DNA from: the human T2T-CHM13v2.0 reference genome, Homo sapiens
Assembly: GCF_009914755.1 (NCBI RefSeq)
Contig: NC_060944.1
Strand: one strand, 5' to 3'
Length of the DNA stretch: 64,000 bases
The stretch's first letter is position 1; each line of letters starts with the position of its first letter. Shown here in pieces: positions 41,411-55,221 of this stretch. A program made the position numbers and the translations under genes. The notes beneath the pieces are model-generated. The model was not told the origin of the DNA. It did no database searches and saw only the letters and a list, made by a program, of their open reading frames with translations.

Positions 41411-42470
41411 TGACGACTAAAAATAAAATCCTAAGCCCTGCAACTGACTGAATGGACTCCCTCTTGGCTAAGGGGACCCCAGAGAAACCTAAAAAACTGA
41501 GTTGCTGGCCATGACAGGATGGGAGGTCATACACACCTTATTACCCCTGCCCTTTTGCAGTTTAGACACAACTACCAGCATTAATGTTAAAATAGAGATC
41601 ATACCACTGACAGTACAGGCTCTCTGTGGCAATAAGATACCAAAATAGGACCTAAGGCTGTGCCAGGCAAGGGTTAAGTCATACAAGCAAAGAACTACAC
41701 TAGAAGAATAAACTGTGTTCTACCTGCCACAAGGCTTTTCTTTCTCTCTATCAGCTAAACAAGCACCGGTCTTGAGATAAGCAATATTGAAACAGTTGCA
41801 GCTCAGCTGCCACCAGATGCTGACCTCCACCTACTGTTCCACAAGTCATCTTTATAGCTTTGATTGGACAAGAGACTGATTTCTGTAACTTACTCCTGAT
41901 TAAAGACCATTGACAACAGACCGGCTCTGGCTGGTTTTACAGAGCCTGCACACTTAAGTGTCTTTGTATCCCTGCTTCACCTTTTGCCGTATAGGGCCTA
42001 ATTGTAATACAGTTCATGTTAAGTCTCCACCCCAAGGTGAACACGGGTCATATGTAACATACATGTTTATTCAGTATGCATGTGTTAAGATTCCCCTGTC
42101 ATGAATATTCATGGAGCATCCTATAACCTGTTGAATATTTATACTTGGCCAACCCGCTCAGTAAAAATTCCTATCTTACCCTTTCCTCCTTCAAAGTGCC
42201 TGCTAAAGGTCTTTGTGGGAGGCTGCTTCCCAACCTGTCAGGATGGCCACCTCACAGGCTATAACCCTTTATAAGGCAGGATAATCACTTGAGCCCAGGA
42301 GTTTAAGGCTCTAGTGATCTATGATCACACCACTGCAATCCAGCCTGGGCGACAAAGCAGGATTTCATCTCAAAAGAAAAAGAAAGAAAGAAAAAAAGAA
42401 AGAAAGAAAGAAGGAAAGAAAGAAGAAAGAAAGAATCTTTTCCAAATTTAAAGGTCTCATGATTAGCCAT
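41411..42470 (+). mobile_element. ERV1 solo LTR, MER4E-like, interrupted by an Alu fragment
   Basis: ctaaaaataaaatcctaagccc..aactgactgaatggac..cctcttggc.aaggggaccccag...gcattaatgttaaaatagagatcata...ccaggcaagggttaagtca. Confidence 0.82.
42274..42434 (+). mobile_element. Alu right-arm fragment (FRAM/AluJ) with (GAAA)n tail
   Basis: aggcaggataatcacttgagcccaggagttt...ccagcctgggcgaca...tctc followed by (GAAA)n. Confidence 0.85.
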
Positions 42471-42529
42471 TTCTAGTCTTTGGGTGCATCAGCATCCTCT
42501 CTTTTTGATCTTTTAATCCTTTCCATTTT

Positions 42530-42831
42530 TTATTTATTATTATTATTTTTGAGACAGGGCCTCACTTTGTTGCCCAGGTTTGTGTGTAGTGGTGTGATCT
42601 CTGCTCAATGCAGCCTTGATCTCCTGGGCTCAAGTGATCCTCCCACCTAGGCCTCCCAAGTAGCTGGGACTTCAGGTGCACACCACCAGACCTAGCTAAT
42701 TTTGTTTATTTTTGTAGTGGTGGGGTCTCACTATGCTGCCCAGGCTAGTTTGAACACCTAGGCTCAAGTGATCCTCCCACTTCAGCCTCCCAAAGTGCTG
42801 AGACTTACAGGTGTGAGCCACTGTGACTGAC
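42530..42831 (-). mobile_element. AluJ
   Basis: Full dimer; TSD aat(c/a)ctttccatttt at 42515-42529 and 42832-42846. Confidence 0.92.
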
Positions 42832-43119
42832 AATACTTTCCATTTTAATAAATTTCTTTCTAAAACTACCTAAGGTCATTTTCTGTTTTTGCTGAACCCC
42901 TAGAATCCTTCTCCACCAAGACTTGGGTTTTGCAATGTTGCTGCTTCTGCAGTTGTTGGTGTTGAGATTGACGTGTCATGATGAAGGAGTTCCTTGAATT
43001 TTGGAGGGGATAGACCTTGGGTGTTCTTTGAGCAAAATTGCATTATAAAAGATCTTTTCAGTCTGTCTTCACAGCTATGGGACAGTAGATGACTGGGCAA
43101 AGAATCCCTGTGGCTGGCT

Positions 43120-43608
43120 GCAGAAGGTTGCAAAAATGGCCACACTTGTTCATTCCTTGCTGTATGCATCTCTCTTGCAATGTGACTTTGCAGCTCCTCC
43201 CGTTGAGAAGGGAGTCTATTTGTATGCCCCCTGAATCTGGCTTTTTTACTTGCTTTAACTAGTAGAATGTAGTAGAAGAGAAGGTAGGCCAATTCTGGGA
43301 CTGTGCTTTAAGAGGGCTTGCATGTTTCTGCTTGTTTTCTTTGAACCCCTTTCTCTACTATGAAAATAATCCAGAGTAACCTGCTGGGGGACCAGGGAGC
43401 TAATGCTCCAGAGCCAACTAGTCCCAGTTGAGGCCCATACATGTGAGAAAGCCCGGACAAGACCAACAAAGCCAATTTGCAGCTGCAGACATATGGGGGC
43501 AGCCAGCTGAGACCAGTAGAATCGCCAGCTGAGCCCAGCCTAAAGTTCTGACTCACAGAATTGCGAGCTAAAGAAATTGCTTTAGACAAATGTGTTACAG
43601 AGCTATAC
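43120..43608 (+). mobile_element. MLT1H-like solo LTR
   Basis: gcaaaaatggccaca...gcaatgtgactttgcagctcctccc...cagctgagcccagcctaaa.ttctgactcacagaatt. Confidence 0.8.
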
Positions 43609-44425
43609 ACAATTGTTATTCTGTCTGTTGGGTGGCCTAGGCTATAATCCCCATTTCCTGGTGACTCAGAGACATCTTCCAAGGGCATGTGGGTGGGTGG
43701 GCATTTTGGTCATGCCAGGCTGTTCACACTCCACTATCGCTAACTTCATTTCTCAAGGGAGGGAACAAAGAAAAACTCCTTTGTTACTGAGCCTGATAAG
43801 GGAAAGAGGAGAGAAGCAAAGCAGTTACTTCTGCCTTTGGTGTCAATCTCTGAGCTGAGAGCCAAAATTAGTGGTTTGCCACGTACCACTCCGCTCAGCA
43901 CCGCTTCCCCTGTCCTGACTCCCCTGTTTTTCTATGGAAGCAGCTGCTACCCTGCTTCTGGTATGTCTGTATTTCAAAGCTAATCCTGTTTCACAAAGGC
44001 AGACTCCAGAAGCAAAGAATTCTCATGTCTTGACTGTTCAGCTGGCTTCTGAGCCATTCAGGAAGCAGTGGGAACCTGTTTGCATATTGCTCTAAATGGG
44101 AAATTAGCAAACACAATATGGTAAAATTGCCCCGAATTGGAAGGATTAATGTAAGGATGTAAGATGGACGGGAGCAAAAACTGTAATCAGAAACAATGGC
44201 GGGTGATGAATGGAGGGAAATGAGAACGCCCTGGCAGCACCCAGGGCCCCGTCTCACGTTCCTTCCCACTCCATTCCTCTCCTCCAGCCTGGAAGCTGAT
44301 TTTGTTTGCCAAACCCTTGCCATTGGCTTCCTTGCACCATGTCCCCAGCTACAGGGTGGGGTGAGCACATCTGTGCCCTGCACGCTGTGCTACCCAGACT
44401 CATGTGTTTCTCAATAAAAAGATAG

Positions 44426-44803
<378 letters not shown>

Positions 44804-46111
44804 TCTACAGGGTATTCTTAGTGTGAATTGAAGGGCAGGGGAATAACTTAGGTTAGTGTTTCTCAGCCCTTATCGTCTATTAAACTGGTGACTAGCAGTT
44901 TAACCTTAACCCCAAGAGAGGAAGAGGGGCATCTGCAGTCAGAAAGCAGTGGAATTGGAAACCAGACTGTGAGGAGTTACCTTTTTGGTGAGCTTCTGTA
45001 TTTGCGGAGTCCTGAATTGAATGACTTTTCAAAGACAGAATTAGATTCCCAAGAGGCAATTACTGATATGCTAATGATAACTTTGAGGGGAGGCCTGGGA
45101 ACCTGGAGGATTGTCTGACTGACTTTGGGATGACCATCTGACTTTGCTCTCATGACTCAAATGAGCAATCAAGGGGTTTGTAAACACATAAGGCTTTTGA
45201 TGTATACTCAAACTGTTCTCCAGAAAGGTTGACTTGACTTCTAGGCGTGTGTGAGAGTGCTCATTGACCCATCTCTTCATCAGCACCAGGAGTTGTCATG
45301 GAAATTGTAGGTGAAAAATATGCCATATTGATTTGTGTTGCTTTATTACCAGAGAGAGAGAGAGAGAATAAATATGCTTAATTTGATATTTGTATTTCTT
45401 TTGTAAATTGCTCAAATTATTTGTTTTTTTCTTTTGAAGTTTTAAAAATTGATTTTTGAAAGTTCAGTATGTATGAGCTATTATTTTTATACTTCAAGCT
45501 ACATCTAATTGCCATTGCCACATTTCCCAGTCCAATATAATAGGAAACTCTGGTTAGGTGAATTACATCTAATTATTAAGTTTATCAAGCAATTGTCTTT
45601 CTTATGTGGCACACTTTTTTTTTTCTAGATTGAATTTTACTTGTAAGTTTGAGTGGATAGGTGTGTTTTTGCCATTCAGAAAACTTTAATTTGTTGTAAT
45701 GAGATCAATCTTTTCTTTCAAAATTTCCTCCTTTTAGGGCATAGATAAAGCTTCTCCAACCCAGATTATATGGGTCTTTACTAATTCTATTGTCATTTTT
45801 TCTCTTACATCTAACTCATTCAGGCATCCAAAATTTATTTTGGGGTTCACTGTAAGGTAGAGACCTAACTTATTTTTAGAAAATGGTATTTAGATGCCCT
45901 GATGGGGCCACAGTTCCAAACATCCTGGGTAGACATCAGGAGAAGGTTGTCCCCAGGCATGGCTGGCATCTTGAATGAAATTAAACTCTGTGTGGCATGG
46001 AGGCAGAGCAACCCCTGGGCTGGGGGCCGGGTGGATATCCAGCTATTAACTGACAACATGCTCCCTTCCCAGACCATTTCCCCAGACCAAGACCTCAGGA
46101 AAAGCTCCAGG

Positions 46112-46242
46112 CAGGATGATCATACATTTATTGTCCAGCCAGGACACTTTTGAGAGTGAAAAGGACATCATTTATAATTACACAAGGACTATAGGCATAA
46201 ACTGGGGTTTTCCCCAGGCCAGCTGGAATATTTTGTTATCCC
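46112..46242. mobile_element. MER94-like (hAT-Blackjack MITE)
   Basis: atttattgtccagccaggacacttttgagagtgaaaagg...ataattacac..ggact..aggcataaactggg. Confidence 0.7.
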
Positions 46243-47029
46243 AGCCTACAGAAGACTGGCTCTCCCTCCTCTAAGGACTGAGGATTGACATCTCTCTGTG
46301 GAGTGAAAGTTGCCTCTTGGCAGCTCACAATACTAGAGACCAGCTTCTGGGTGAGCAAAAGTTAACTAGCTAGATCCTTGGACAAATAGTATGTCTCTTT
46401 CCAGAGAGGAAACAGGAACAGGAGAGAAGTGAAGATAAATCAACATGTTTCCATTAGGATGTGCATTATTCCTGAGAGAAAGATGGGCTGAAAACATGTT
46501 GCCTTTGGAAGAGATGCTGGTTGGGCATCAGTTACATAGGAGATTGATGGGAATTTCAATGGACAATTTGCATATCCATGGATCTCTGCTAGTTCTGAGA
46601 ACAGTAATTAATTTTCTGGAACAAGAATGACTTCATTTTCTAGGAAAAGGATTGTCTGAATGGTTTTCTAAAGGGATATGATAGTCACAAATGTCTTCCT
46701 GTCTCTCCTTTCTCCCCTTTTCAGTGCCAGAGCACAGCAGCCACAAGTATAGATATTGGATTGGCTATTGAAGGAAATTCAAACAATATCATAGTCTGTT
46801 GCTGGCCCACAGGCTTGAGGAGCAACATGCCTGCTTGACTTGCTCTGCAGAAAGTTTGCTACCAATTGCTTGGATGTGTCACGGTGTCCCCACTACTTCA
46901 TGAGGGGCAAAAGGGGTGGTGATAACTTATCACCATGATTGGGGTATAAATGAAAACAGAATAATGCCCTGGGAACAGGTTCCCGCTTTGAAAGCAAATC
47001 ACTTCATCTCGAGATAGTTAAAAGACACC

Positions 47030-47668
47030 TTTCTGTTGCAAATCATCACGGCCTTAGTGGCTAAAAGCAACACCTTATAGACTTCCTTTATAGACCCTAC
47101 GATTACATCTGAATCCACTCAGATAATCCAAGATAATCTCCCCATCTGTGTTAGTTCATTCTTGCATTGTTATAAAGAAGTACTTGAGACTGGGTAATTT
47201 GTAAAGAAAAGAGGTTTAATTGGCTCATAGTTGTGCAGGCTGTACAGGAAGGATGGCACTGGCATCTGTTCAGCTTCTGGGGAGGCCTCAGGGAGCTTTC
47301 AATAATGGCAGAAGGCAAAACGGGGCAGGCTTGTCACATGGGGACAGTAAGAGCAAGAGAGAGAGTGGAGGAGGTGCTGCACTCTTTAAACAACCAGATC
47401 TCATGAGAACTCATTATCATGAGGACAGCACTGAACCATGAGGGATCCGCCCCCATGACCCAAACACCTCCTGCCAGGTCCCACTTACAACATTGGGGAT
47501 TACAATTCAACATGAGACTTAGAGGGGACAACATCCAAACCATATCACCATCTCAGGGTCCTTAACTTAATCACACCTGCAAAGTCCCTTTCCCATGGAA
47601 GGTAACATTCACAGGTTCCAGGGATTAAAATATGGACATACTGGGAGTTCATTATTCAGCCTACCACA
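47030..47668 (-). mobile_element. MLT1B/C-like LTR interrupted by MSTA
   Basis: gattacat...cagataatccaagataatctcccc atc [MSTA] tcagggtccttaacttaatcacacctgcaaagtccctt...ttcagcctaccaca. Confidence 0.8.
47147..47547 (-). mobile_element. MSTA solo LTR
   Basis: tgtgttagt...aaaagaggtttaattggctca...acatccaaaccatatca; perfect TSD ccatc at 47142-47146 and 47548-47552. Confidence 0.92.
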
Positions 47669-48839
47669 GGGTCACTTGAGACGCCTTTCAGAAAATGAAT
47701 TCTAAATTCGATCAAGGCCAATGGCTCCACACAGAACGCCTCTGTCAGGACAGAGGTGATATCTTTGATTTTGACAGCAAATCCCTCAAGCAGTGCTCCT
47801 CACCAGCTTCTAAAATGCCAAGCACTTTCAAATGCCAAGGGACATATTGGTGGAGGTGGAGGGCATGTACACAGCAGATGGCATCATGGGGTGACATGTT
47901 TGAAAGAATGTTTCCAAAAGCAAACTCCAAAATATCACACCAGCTACAGATCATGGGGAGGCAGTGGAGAAATGAAACACAGTGTCATAGAAGGGAACCA
48001 GATGGAGGCCCACAGAGCTAAGAAGGGCGAGGGTTGAGGGAGACTTGCTGCTTCTTGCAGGACACAGACAGTGGGGTTTTCAGAGGTGCTGATTAGTTGT
48101 TTTTTTCCTCTAGCTTTAGGGCACCAGAGTATCTTCTTGCGTTTCACCACTTGCTCCACTGTCTGTAAATATGTAGGAGGTTTTGTATAAGCTATATAGG
48201 AGAGAATTTCACAGTAGCCTTTGTTTAGTTTACAGTTAGCAGAATAGAGGGAGACAGCAGGCTGAGTCCTTCTATACCTCCGATGCTTGCAGGCTTAGGG
48301 GATGACCAAGGAGGAGGGACAGGGCAGATGTCTGCCTTAATGGAGAGAACCTGGAAGGCCTGATATTTCAGAATGAGACACAGAAATTCCAAACCCTGCC
48401 TGGACAGAAAAAAATAAGAAATGTAGTTTGGTTAGGAAGTAAGTCTCCAAGACCTTGGACATTAAGGCTCAATTTGGTGCCCAAAAGAAGGAAATACCAG
48501 AAAAACTGGCCCCCAACCCCATACGTGGCACCTTTTGATCATTCAGGTGGACCTATAGTCATTATTCAATATATGACATCAGGAACAGATTACTTTCTAA
48601 ATAGGCAGCTTGAGAGAGTGAAAATCTAGGAGCTTTGGATTTGGGTCTGAATCTCTTTTTTAAAGGCCCCAAACATTTGTAGACCATTTGTAAAATGAGG
48701 GCTTTATCTAAATCAATGGTTTTCAGATATTTTGGGACCTCCTTGAAGACTCCCACACTAGTAGTTGTATTTTTTTAATTGAAAGAATATATACATGTAA
48801 TGTAATTGAGAGATCATATAAGAAGCCATGGCCTCCTAC

Positions 48840-49530
48840 TTGTATTCTACCAAAAGCGGACTCCAAGACAAAAGCTTGAGTGGTGGGAGTTTATTTGGGA
48901 GGTGATTCTAAGGTAATCCAAATGAAGGGGTGGGAAAATGAGATTGTAAGGAGAAGCAGCCAAGGAAGTGTGCAATAGTGATCAGGGTGGCCTCTGCGGG
49001 CAGTAGGGACTCCGTTCCACTGGAGTCTTCTTGAAGAACTGCTTCTCAAAGGGTGATTCCAAGATCAGCAACGTGGCATCATCTGGAAGCTTATTAGAAA
49101 TGCAAAATCTTGAGTCTCCACCCCAGGAGCTCTATCATGAGCTTCAACAATCCATGTCATGCAAGCCTTCTGGGTGATTCTGCTGCATATGAAAGTTTGA
49201 AAACCACTGGTATAGAACATGCCACAGAATTGTCCCACTGAGCAGTTGAGGGATGAGGAAGCTGGAGTGATAATCTGCCAACTCTCCTCCCTCATGGGTT
49301 GAGGTTGCTTGGGAACATGGATTCCTCAGCACACTGGGCTGCTCTGTGCATGGTCTGAGCAAGGTCCCCTGGTGTTAGAGAAAGCTCTCAGGCAGAGAAG
49401 CTGAAAGGAGGAGGTGCTTCAGTGTGGATACCGCTGGTGTACACAGGAATTCTCCATCACAGCTGCAGGTGAACCCAAGAGGTTAGCCCAGGGGCTTGGG
49501 TGGGAAAGCAACAGAATCTGCTACATATGC
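48840..49530 (-). mobile_element. LTR16-like LTR carrying a MER5A insertion (~49040-49210)
   Basis: gtttatttgggaggtgattct...; MER5A ggcatcatctggaagcttattagaaatgcaaa...aagtttgaaaaccactg. Confidence 0.6.
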
Positions 49531-49676
49531 TAAGAATTTGGGGGCATTGATACATATTTGCAAATAGAGGTGCATATGTAGAGGTGCCTACATATATTCA
49601 TTAAACATGTGGTTAAGGCTAAGATAGGTGTGGAGGGGATACTTAGGGCCTTTGCATATTTAAATCAGTATAGAGT

Positions 49677-50094
49677 TGGTACAGTTTGGATATTGTCTCC
49701 TCCAAGTCTCATGTTGTGATGTAATCCCCATTGTTGGAGGTAGGGCCTGATGGGAGATGATTGGATCATGACAGCAGATACCTCGTGAATGGCTTAGCAT
49801 CGTCCCCTTGCTGATGAGTGAGTTCTTGCTCAGTTAGTTCATGCAAGATCTGTTTGTTTAAAAGTCTAAGACCTTCCCCCTAACTCTTGCTCCCACTCTC
49901 ACCAGGTGAAGTGCTTGCTCCTGCTTCACCTTCTGCCATGCTTAAAAGCTCCCTGAGGCCTCACCAGAAGCTGAGCATATGCCAGTGCCATGCTTGTACA
50001 GCCTGCAGAACTGTGAGCCAATTAAACCTCTTTTCTTTGTAAATTACCCATCCTTAGGTATTTCTTCACAGTGATGGAAAAATGATCTAACACA
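49677..50094 (+). mobile_element. MSTB solo LTR
   Basis: tggtacagtttggatatt...ctcatgttg...gtacagcctgcagaactgtgagccaattaaacctc...ctaacaca; TSD agagt/agggt. Confidence 0.9.
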
Positions 50095-50282
50095 AGGGTA
50101 GTGTTTTCACATCCGTGGATTTACCAGTCATGTGGTATGTAATAACATAATTTTGCCTTGTCACTCATACTGTAACTTCTGTGGAGAAACATAAAATTGA
50201 TTTTTCTGTGAAAAGTGATTCAAGAAAGAAAGTCATCAGTCAGTTCAGGTAAGTCATATACGTGGAGAGAAGGCAAAGAATT

Positions 50283-50480
50283 TTTTTTGACCTTTTTTTT
50301 TTAATTATCCTTTAAGTTTTAGGGTACATGTGCACAATGTGCAGGTTTGTTACATATTTATACATGTGCCATGTTGGTGTGCTGCACCCATTAACTCGTC
50401 ATTTACATTAGGTGTATCTCCTAATGCTATCCCTCCCCCCTCCCCCGACCCAACAACAGGCCCCGGTGTGTGATGTTCCC
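50283..50480 (-). mobile_element. 5'-truncated L1PA (PA3-PA5-like) 3' end
   Basis: tttaagttttagggtacatgtgcacaatgtgcagg...ctaatgctatccctcccccctcccc...gtgtgatgttccc; TSD gagaaggcaaa at 50267 and 50481. Confidence 0.92.
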
Positions 50481-50753
50481 GAGAAGGCAAAAATTCTTGG
50501 CTGAAAGAAAAACGTTATTGGAGAAACAATAGGCAATGGACCCCCTTATGAGGAATTTGGGGTACTGGGTGGCATGAAGCTGTTGGACTGTGGCTTTTCC
50601 AAATGTCAAAGTCTACTTGGCCTGTGTCCTTAATTGTTTTTATTGATTCTCTCAATGTAGCTCAGGAAAAGGGGCTGGCAAGAACTAGGCAGGGTCCCAA
50701 CTGAGAGAGCTGGGGTACAATGCCCATCTCTTGTTGCAATAGAACTAAAGTGC

Positions 50754-51173
50754 TGTCTTAGTCCATTTGTGTTGCTAGAAAGAGATACCTGAGGCTTGGG
50801 ACTTTATAAATAAAAGAGGTTTGTTTGGCTCACAGTTCTGCAGGCTGTACAAGAAGCATGGTGCCAGCATCTACTTCTGGTGAGGGCCTCAGGCTTCTTC
50901 CATTCATGGTAGAAGGTGAAAGGGAGCCAACTTGTGCAGAGATCACCTGGCAAGAGGAGGCAGGAGAGCAGGGAGGTGTCAAGGTCCTTTCAACAACCAG
51001 CGCTCTTAGGAACTAGTAGAGTGAGACTTCATTTGTTACCCCAAAGAGGGCAACAAGCCGTTCATAATGGATTCACCCCCATGACCCAAACACCTCTCAT
51101 TAGGCCTCACCTTTGACACTGGGCATCAAGTTTCAACCTGAGGTTTGGAGGGTCAAATACCTACACGATAGCA
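50754..51173 (-). mobile_element. MSTB1-like solo LTR
   Basis: tgtcttagtccatttgtgttgct...ggctcacagttctgcaggctgtacaagaagcatgg...tagca; perfect TSD agtgc at 50749-50753 and 51174-51178. Confidence 0.9.
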
Positions 51174-51750
51174 AGTGCTATGTGAAAAACTGAGGTGAAA
51201 GCCCAGTTGTCTTGTCTAAGCTTATGGCAAAAATAAGGTGAAGGTTGGTGGACATTAAGATGAAGGGCTGCCCCTGGTTGGACACATTCCAGGCCTGCAA
51301 TACCATGGCAAATTGCTGCTCTCATCTGCTGGGTGGTAGGAATGGGAGTTTTCCAAGGCTGGGCGGAAGTGGTGGTGAGCTGTGTAGTGTTCTTGTTGCC
51401 TCCCATCATATTCGCTGGCTCCACCTCTCACTTCTGCTGCAGTAGCAGGCTGAGTTTTCTGGAAAGCAAATGTGAGGTCAGAGTTAGGAATGCAAAATGT
51501 TTACCGAGAAAGGAAAAAGGAGGAAGCAGGATTGCACAGGGGGAGCTGTCAGTCCCTGATACAGACCTCACAAAATCTGCACCCATCGAGATTGTGCAAG
51601 AGAGGAGTCCTCTGTTGAATGGAGAGGTCTCGGCCCTTCTTTATATTGCTGCCTTGCTCAGTTATTGGTGGGGCACTGCCCTGAGAAGAACCTGAACTTG
51701 GCTTGATGACCAAGGTGGATCCTGAGGAGTTAACAGCTGGAGGATGTCAG

Positions 51751-51925
51751 CAGGACCAGCGACATAATTTGTGAGGCCCAGGGAAAAATGAAAATGGGAG
51801 TCTCTTGTTAAAAATATTACGGATGTCAATCAAGATGATGCCAGCAGACTATTAAGCCAAGTGTGGGGCCCTTCTAACTACGGGACTCTGTGAGACTTAT
51901 GAGTCTCACCTATGACCCAGCCCTG
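51751..51925 (-). mobile_element. MER45A (hAT-Tip100) inside an LTR33-like remnant (~51430-52000)
   Basis: cagg.cc.gc.acataatttg.g.ggccca...aaatgaaaatg...cagccctg; 8-bp TSD-like gatgtcag/gctgccag. Confidence 0.75.
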
Positions 51926-52959
51926 GCTGCCAGCTGACCATCGTTTGCACCTCACAGCATGTCCCGTTTTGAAGGGGATCTTAGCAGGGTCCTCCCATGT
52001 CTTCTGCAGGTCAGGACCTTCTCTGAAGTTGCAGGAAGTAGCTCAACCTGTCCCTGGGTGCCACTCATAGCTGTGGGTCTGTGATTCTACTGGGGTCAGC
52101 CCTCAATCAGTGGAGGGACAATGCTGAGGTGTGTTCTACAGAGTTCTCAGAGGGTTCCCAGCAAGAATGAGCTGCAATTGTCCACAGCAATGATCAACTT
52201 AGTAAAATGCATTTTTTTTTTGGCTTTTCCTTCTTCCCTGTCCTGCTTTCTCCACTCTTTCACCCTGGCTTTTCAGAACCATCTCCTAGATAAGCCACCT
52301 GCACCTAAGTCCTTGTGTCTGTCTCTGCTTTCAAGAAAACTCAAACAAAAACACATGCTCTTGGTCAGGACTAACTCAGGAATTGGTGTCCCTGGCAGAA
52401 CATGGCTAAAGAAGGAAGAAGCAGATATGCATAACATAAGTTATGTTTTCTCATATTCCTAAAGGAAGAGACTGAGAGAAGTAACTTGATTAACAACCAG
52501 CCAACACCCATTGCCAGGGGAAATGAGGTTATTATTTGCTTTGGCCACAACGGGGATTCCATCTACCTTTTCAGTTAGAGACCCACATTGTCATCACCAG
52601 TAATCCGTCAGACAGGCGGAAACCTTGGATTGGGGCTTTATCGCAAGTGGATTGACCATCCATTCCATGTAATGGGAGAGTTAATATTCTCTCCAGAGAA
52701 TGGCTATTGGCACGGGTTCTTTCCAATTAAGACCTGAGTTGATATGACTTCTACATCCAATTTGGGGAATGAAGGAGGGAACTTTCCACAGGTCTGTAAA
52801 AGTTAGGGCTGCCCTGGTTAACTTTTGTCTTCAACTGTGTGTAAATGTTGATCGTTCAAGGAGGGTGAAGTGCCAACTCTTCATAAAAATTTAGGTCAGG
52901 GAGAGTGGGGTTTGCGCTAAAAGAAATGAGAAAGTTATTGTTATAAGTTAATTTTGGAG

Positions 52960-53385
52960 ACTGTGGTGGGCTTTGTGATGATGAGATGTATAGATCCACT
53001 TTATGAAAATCTAGCCCTCCCAGCTTCTGAGAGTGCTGCTGGTAGACATCTGTCAGCTGTTAGCCCATTTGGGGACTGGCTGGCTCAGGGTTATACCTCC
53101 TTCCAGGGGCAACCTGCATCCAATTACCAGTTGATGTCGGGTAAGAAGGCATGATCCCTCCGTGCTCAGGAGTCAGCTCTGAAGAGCCACGTGGGCACCC
53201 GAGCTCACAGGAGGTTGGCTGAGGCCTTTGTTGAGATCACATTGCAGCTTAGCTTTTTCTCTCTGCCTAATCCTGCTTCCTTCTCTTCCCTTCCACAAGC
53301 ATTGATCCCAAGAATACTTCCTAAGAGGCCTCCTGCAAGCTAATCTTCATCCCAGAGACTGATTTTCAGGGAGCCCAAGCTGTAA
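52960..53385 (+). mobile_element. LTR33-like ERVL LTR
   Basis: ctgaggcctttgttgaga..cattgcagct...cctgcttccttc...ttgatcccaagaatacttcctaa...gcaagctaatct. Confidence 0.6.
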
Positions 53386-53779
53386 TGATGATATCATCCA
53401 TGATATTGTGTGTTAACAGCAACCTTCAGCTGGGTAGGCTCTTTGCTGTGTCTTGACAAATTGGGTTTGTCCCAGGCTTAACGTTTTCTATTCAACAGTC
53501 CTTCTTTAGTGACAGTTTCAGGAGCGTCTGATGTTTAGAGTGCTGCTGTTTTTTTTTTTTTCAGGTTTTATCCAAATGAGTTTATTACAAACAAGAAAAA
53601 TTACTGGCTTTCAGCACTTTTTAGATTTCAGAATTGTGAATAAGAAATTGAGGACTTACAGTAGTGTCATTTTTATAAGATTGTTGAGAAAATCAAATGG
53701 GACTGTTCTTAAGTTTTCAGGGAGAGAAGCAGCTCATGCTTCCCAGTGACATCTCTGTTTAGCAGGTGAGAGTTTTGTT

Positions 53780-54400
53780 TTCTTTTTAAGTTAAGGTGTA
53801 ATTCATAAACAGTAAAATGCACAGTCCAACGAGCTTTGGTAAATTTATATGCCTGTATAGCCAACACCCTCATCATGATAGAAAACCTCTCCCTCATCCC
53901 AGATACTTTTTTGTGCCCCTTTTCCAGTCAATACCTTCACCCCAGCCCCTTTCAAGGGGCAAAGCTTATTCTGATTTCTATCATCATGGCTTTGTATGGC
54001 TTCTTCTAGAATTTCATGTGATGAAATCTTATGGTATATACTCTTGTTTCTAGTTTCTTTCACTTGGCATAGTGATTTTGAGATTAATCCTAGTTTTTGC
54101 ATATTATTTGTTCTGTCTTCTCATTGCTGAGGAGTATTCCATCATTGGGATGTAGCAAAGTTCATCCATTTTTCTATTGACAGACATTTGGATTGTTTCT
54201 AGCTTTTGCTAGAACATAAGCGTGTGTGGACTTAGGAAGAAATATTTTTGTGTGGTCTTTAATAAATGTTTTTCTTTCTTTTAGGTAACAAGGAGTGGAA
54301 TTGGTGGGCCATCAGTAAATATATTTTTAACTTTATAAGAAACTGCTGAACAATTTTCCAAAGTGGCTGTATTTATTTACCTTTCCCAGGGTGAGAGTTT
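53780..54400 (-). mobile_element. L1ME-like 3' fragment
   Basis: aggtgtaattcata..cagtaaaatgcaca...ttctgatttctatcatcat...ttgctgaggagtattccat...ttttccaaagtggctgta. Confidence 0.75.
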
Positions 54401-54907
54401 TGCTATTTAATTGTCCTTGATTCATAGACTCAGCAAATATTAGAACAAGTGGTGATCTTGGAGCTTCTCACATTTTTCTACCAAGTGCCTCTGAGGTCAG
54501 AAGAGGAGAAAAGCATACTTTGGGAATGGAAAGTGTAGACTGATGCAGCCAACCAAGCATCAGTGTCTCATTGTTTATACTAAAGGTTCATGGAAACTTG
54601 CGTTCTACTCCATGGTATAGATACACTATGTACTTAAACGTATTAACCATGAAGCTGGAGTTCCCATAAAGATTCTACAACTTCATCCCATGGCTTTGAG
54701 CCCTGTTATCCACCAGCCCCCAACTGCCCACACAGCCCTTCTCCTCTGAAGTGTACATCTGATGGATTTAAGCCCATTCTTCTGAAGCACAGATCTAGTC
54801 ATTCACTTTGTTTTACTGATTGCCACTCAGATGCAGAGAAGTGAAGTGGCTTTTCTAAGGTCACACAGCTATCTAATGAGAAAGTCAATTACTTGAACCT
54901 AATTTGC

Positions 54908-55221
54908 TTTCTTTCTTTATTTTTTTCCTTTCTCTATTTTAGAGACAAGGTCTTCCTCTGTCACCCAGGCTGGAGTAGAGTGGTGTAATCATAGCCCACT
55001 GCAGCCTCAGACTCCTGGGCTCAAGTGATCCTCCCACTTTAGCCTCCTAAGTAGCTGGGACTACAGGCGTGTACCAACATGCCCAGCCAATTTTTACATT
55101 TTCTGTAGAGATGGGGTCTCACTATGTTGCCCAGGCTGGTCTCAAACTCTTGGCCTCAAGCAATCCTCCCACCTCAGCTCCCTAAAGTCTGGGATTATAA
55201 GCGTGAGCCACCGCACTGAGC
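54908..55221 (-). mobile_element. AluJ inserted in a MIR
   Basis: Full dimer with AluJ diagnostics; flanks gaacct(a/g)attt. Confidence 0.92.
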
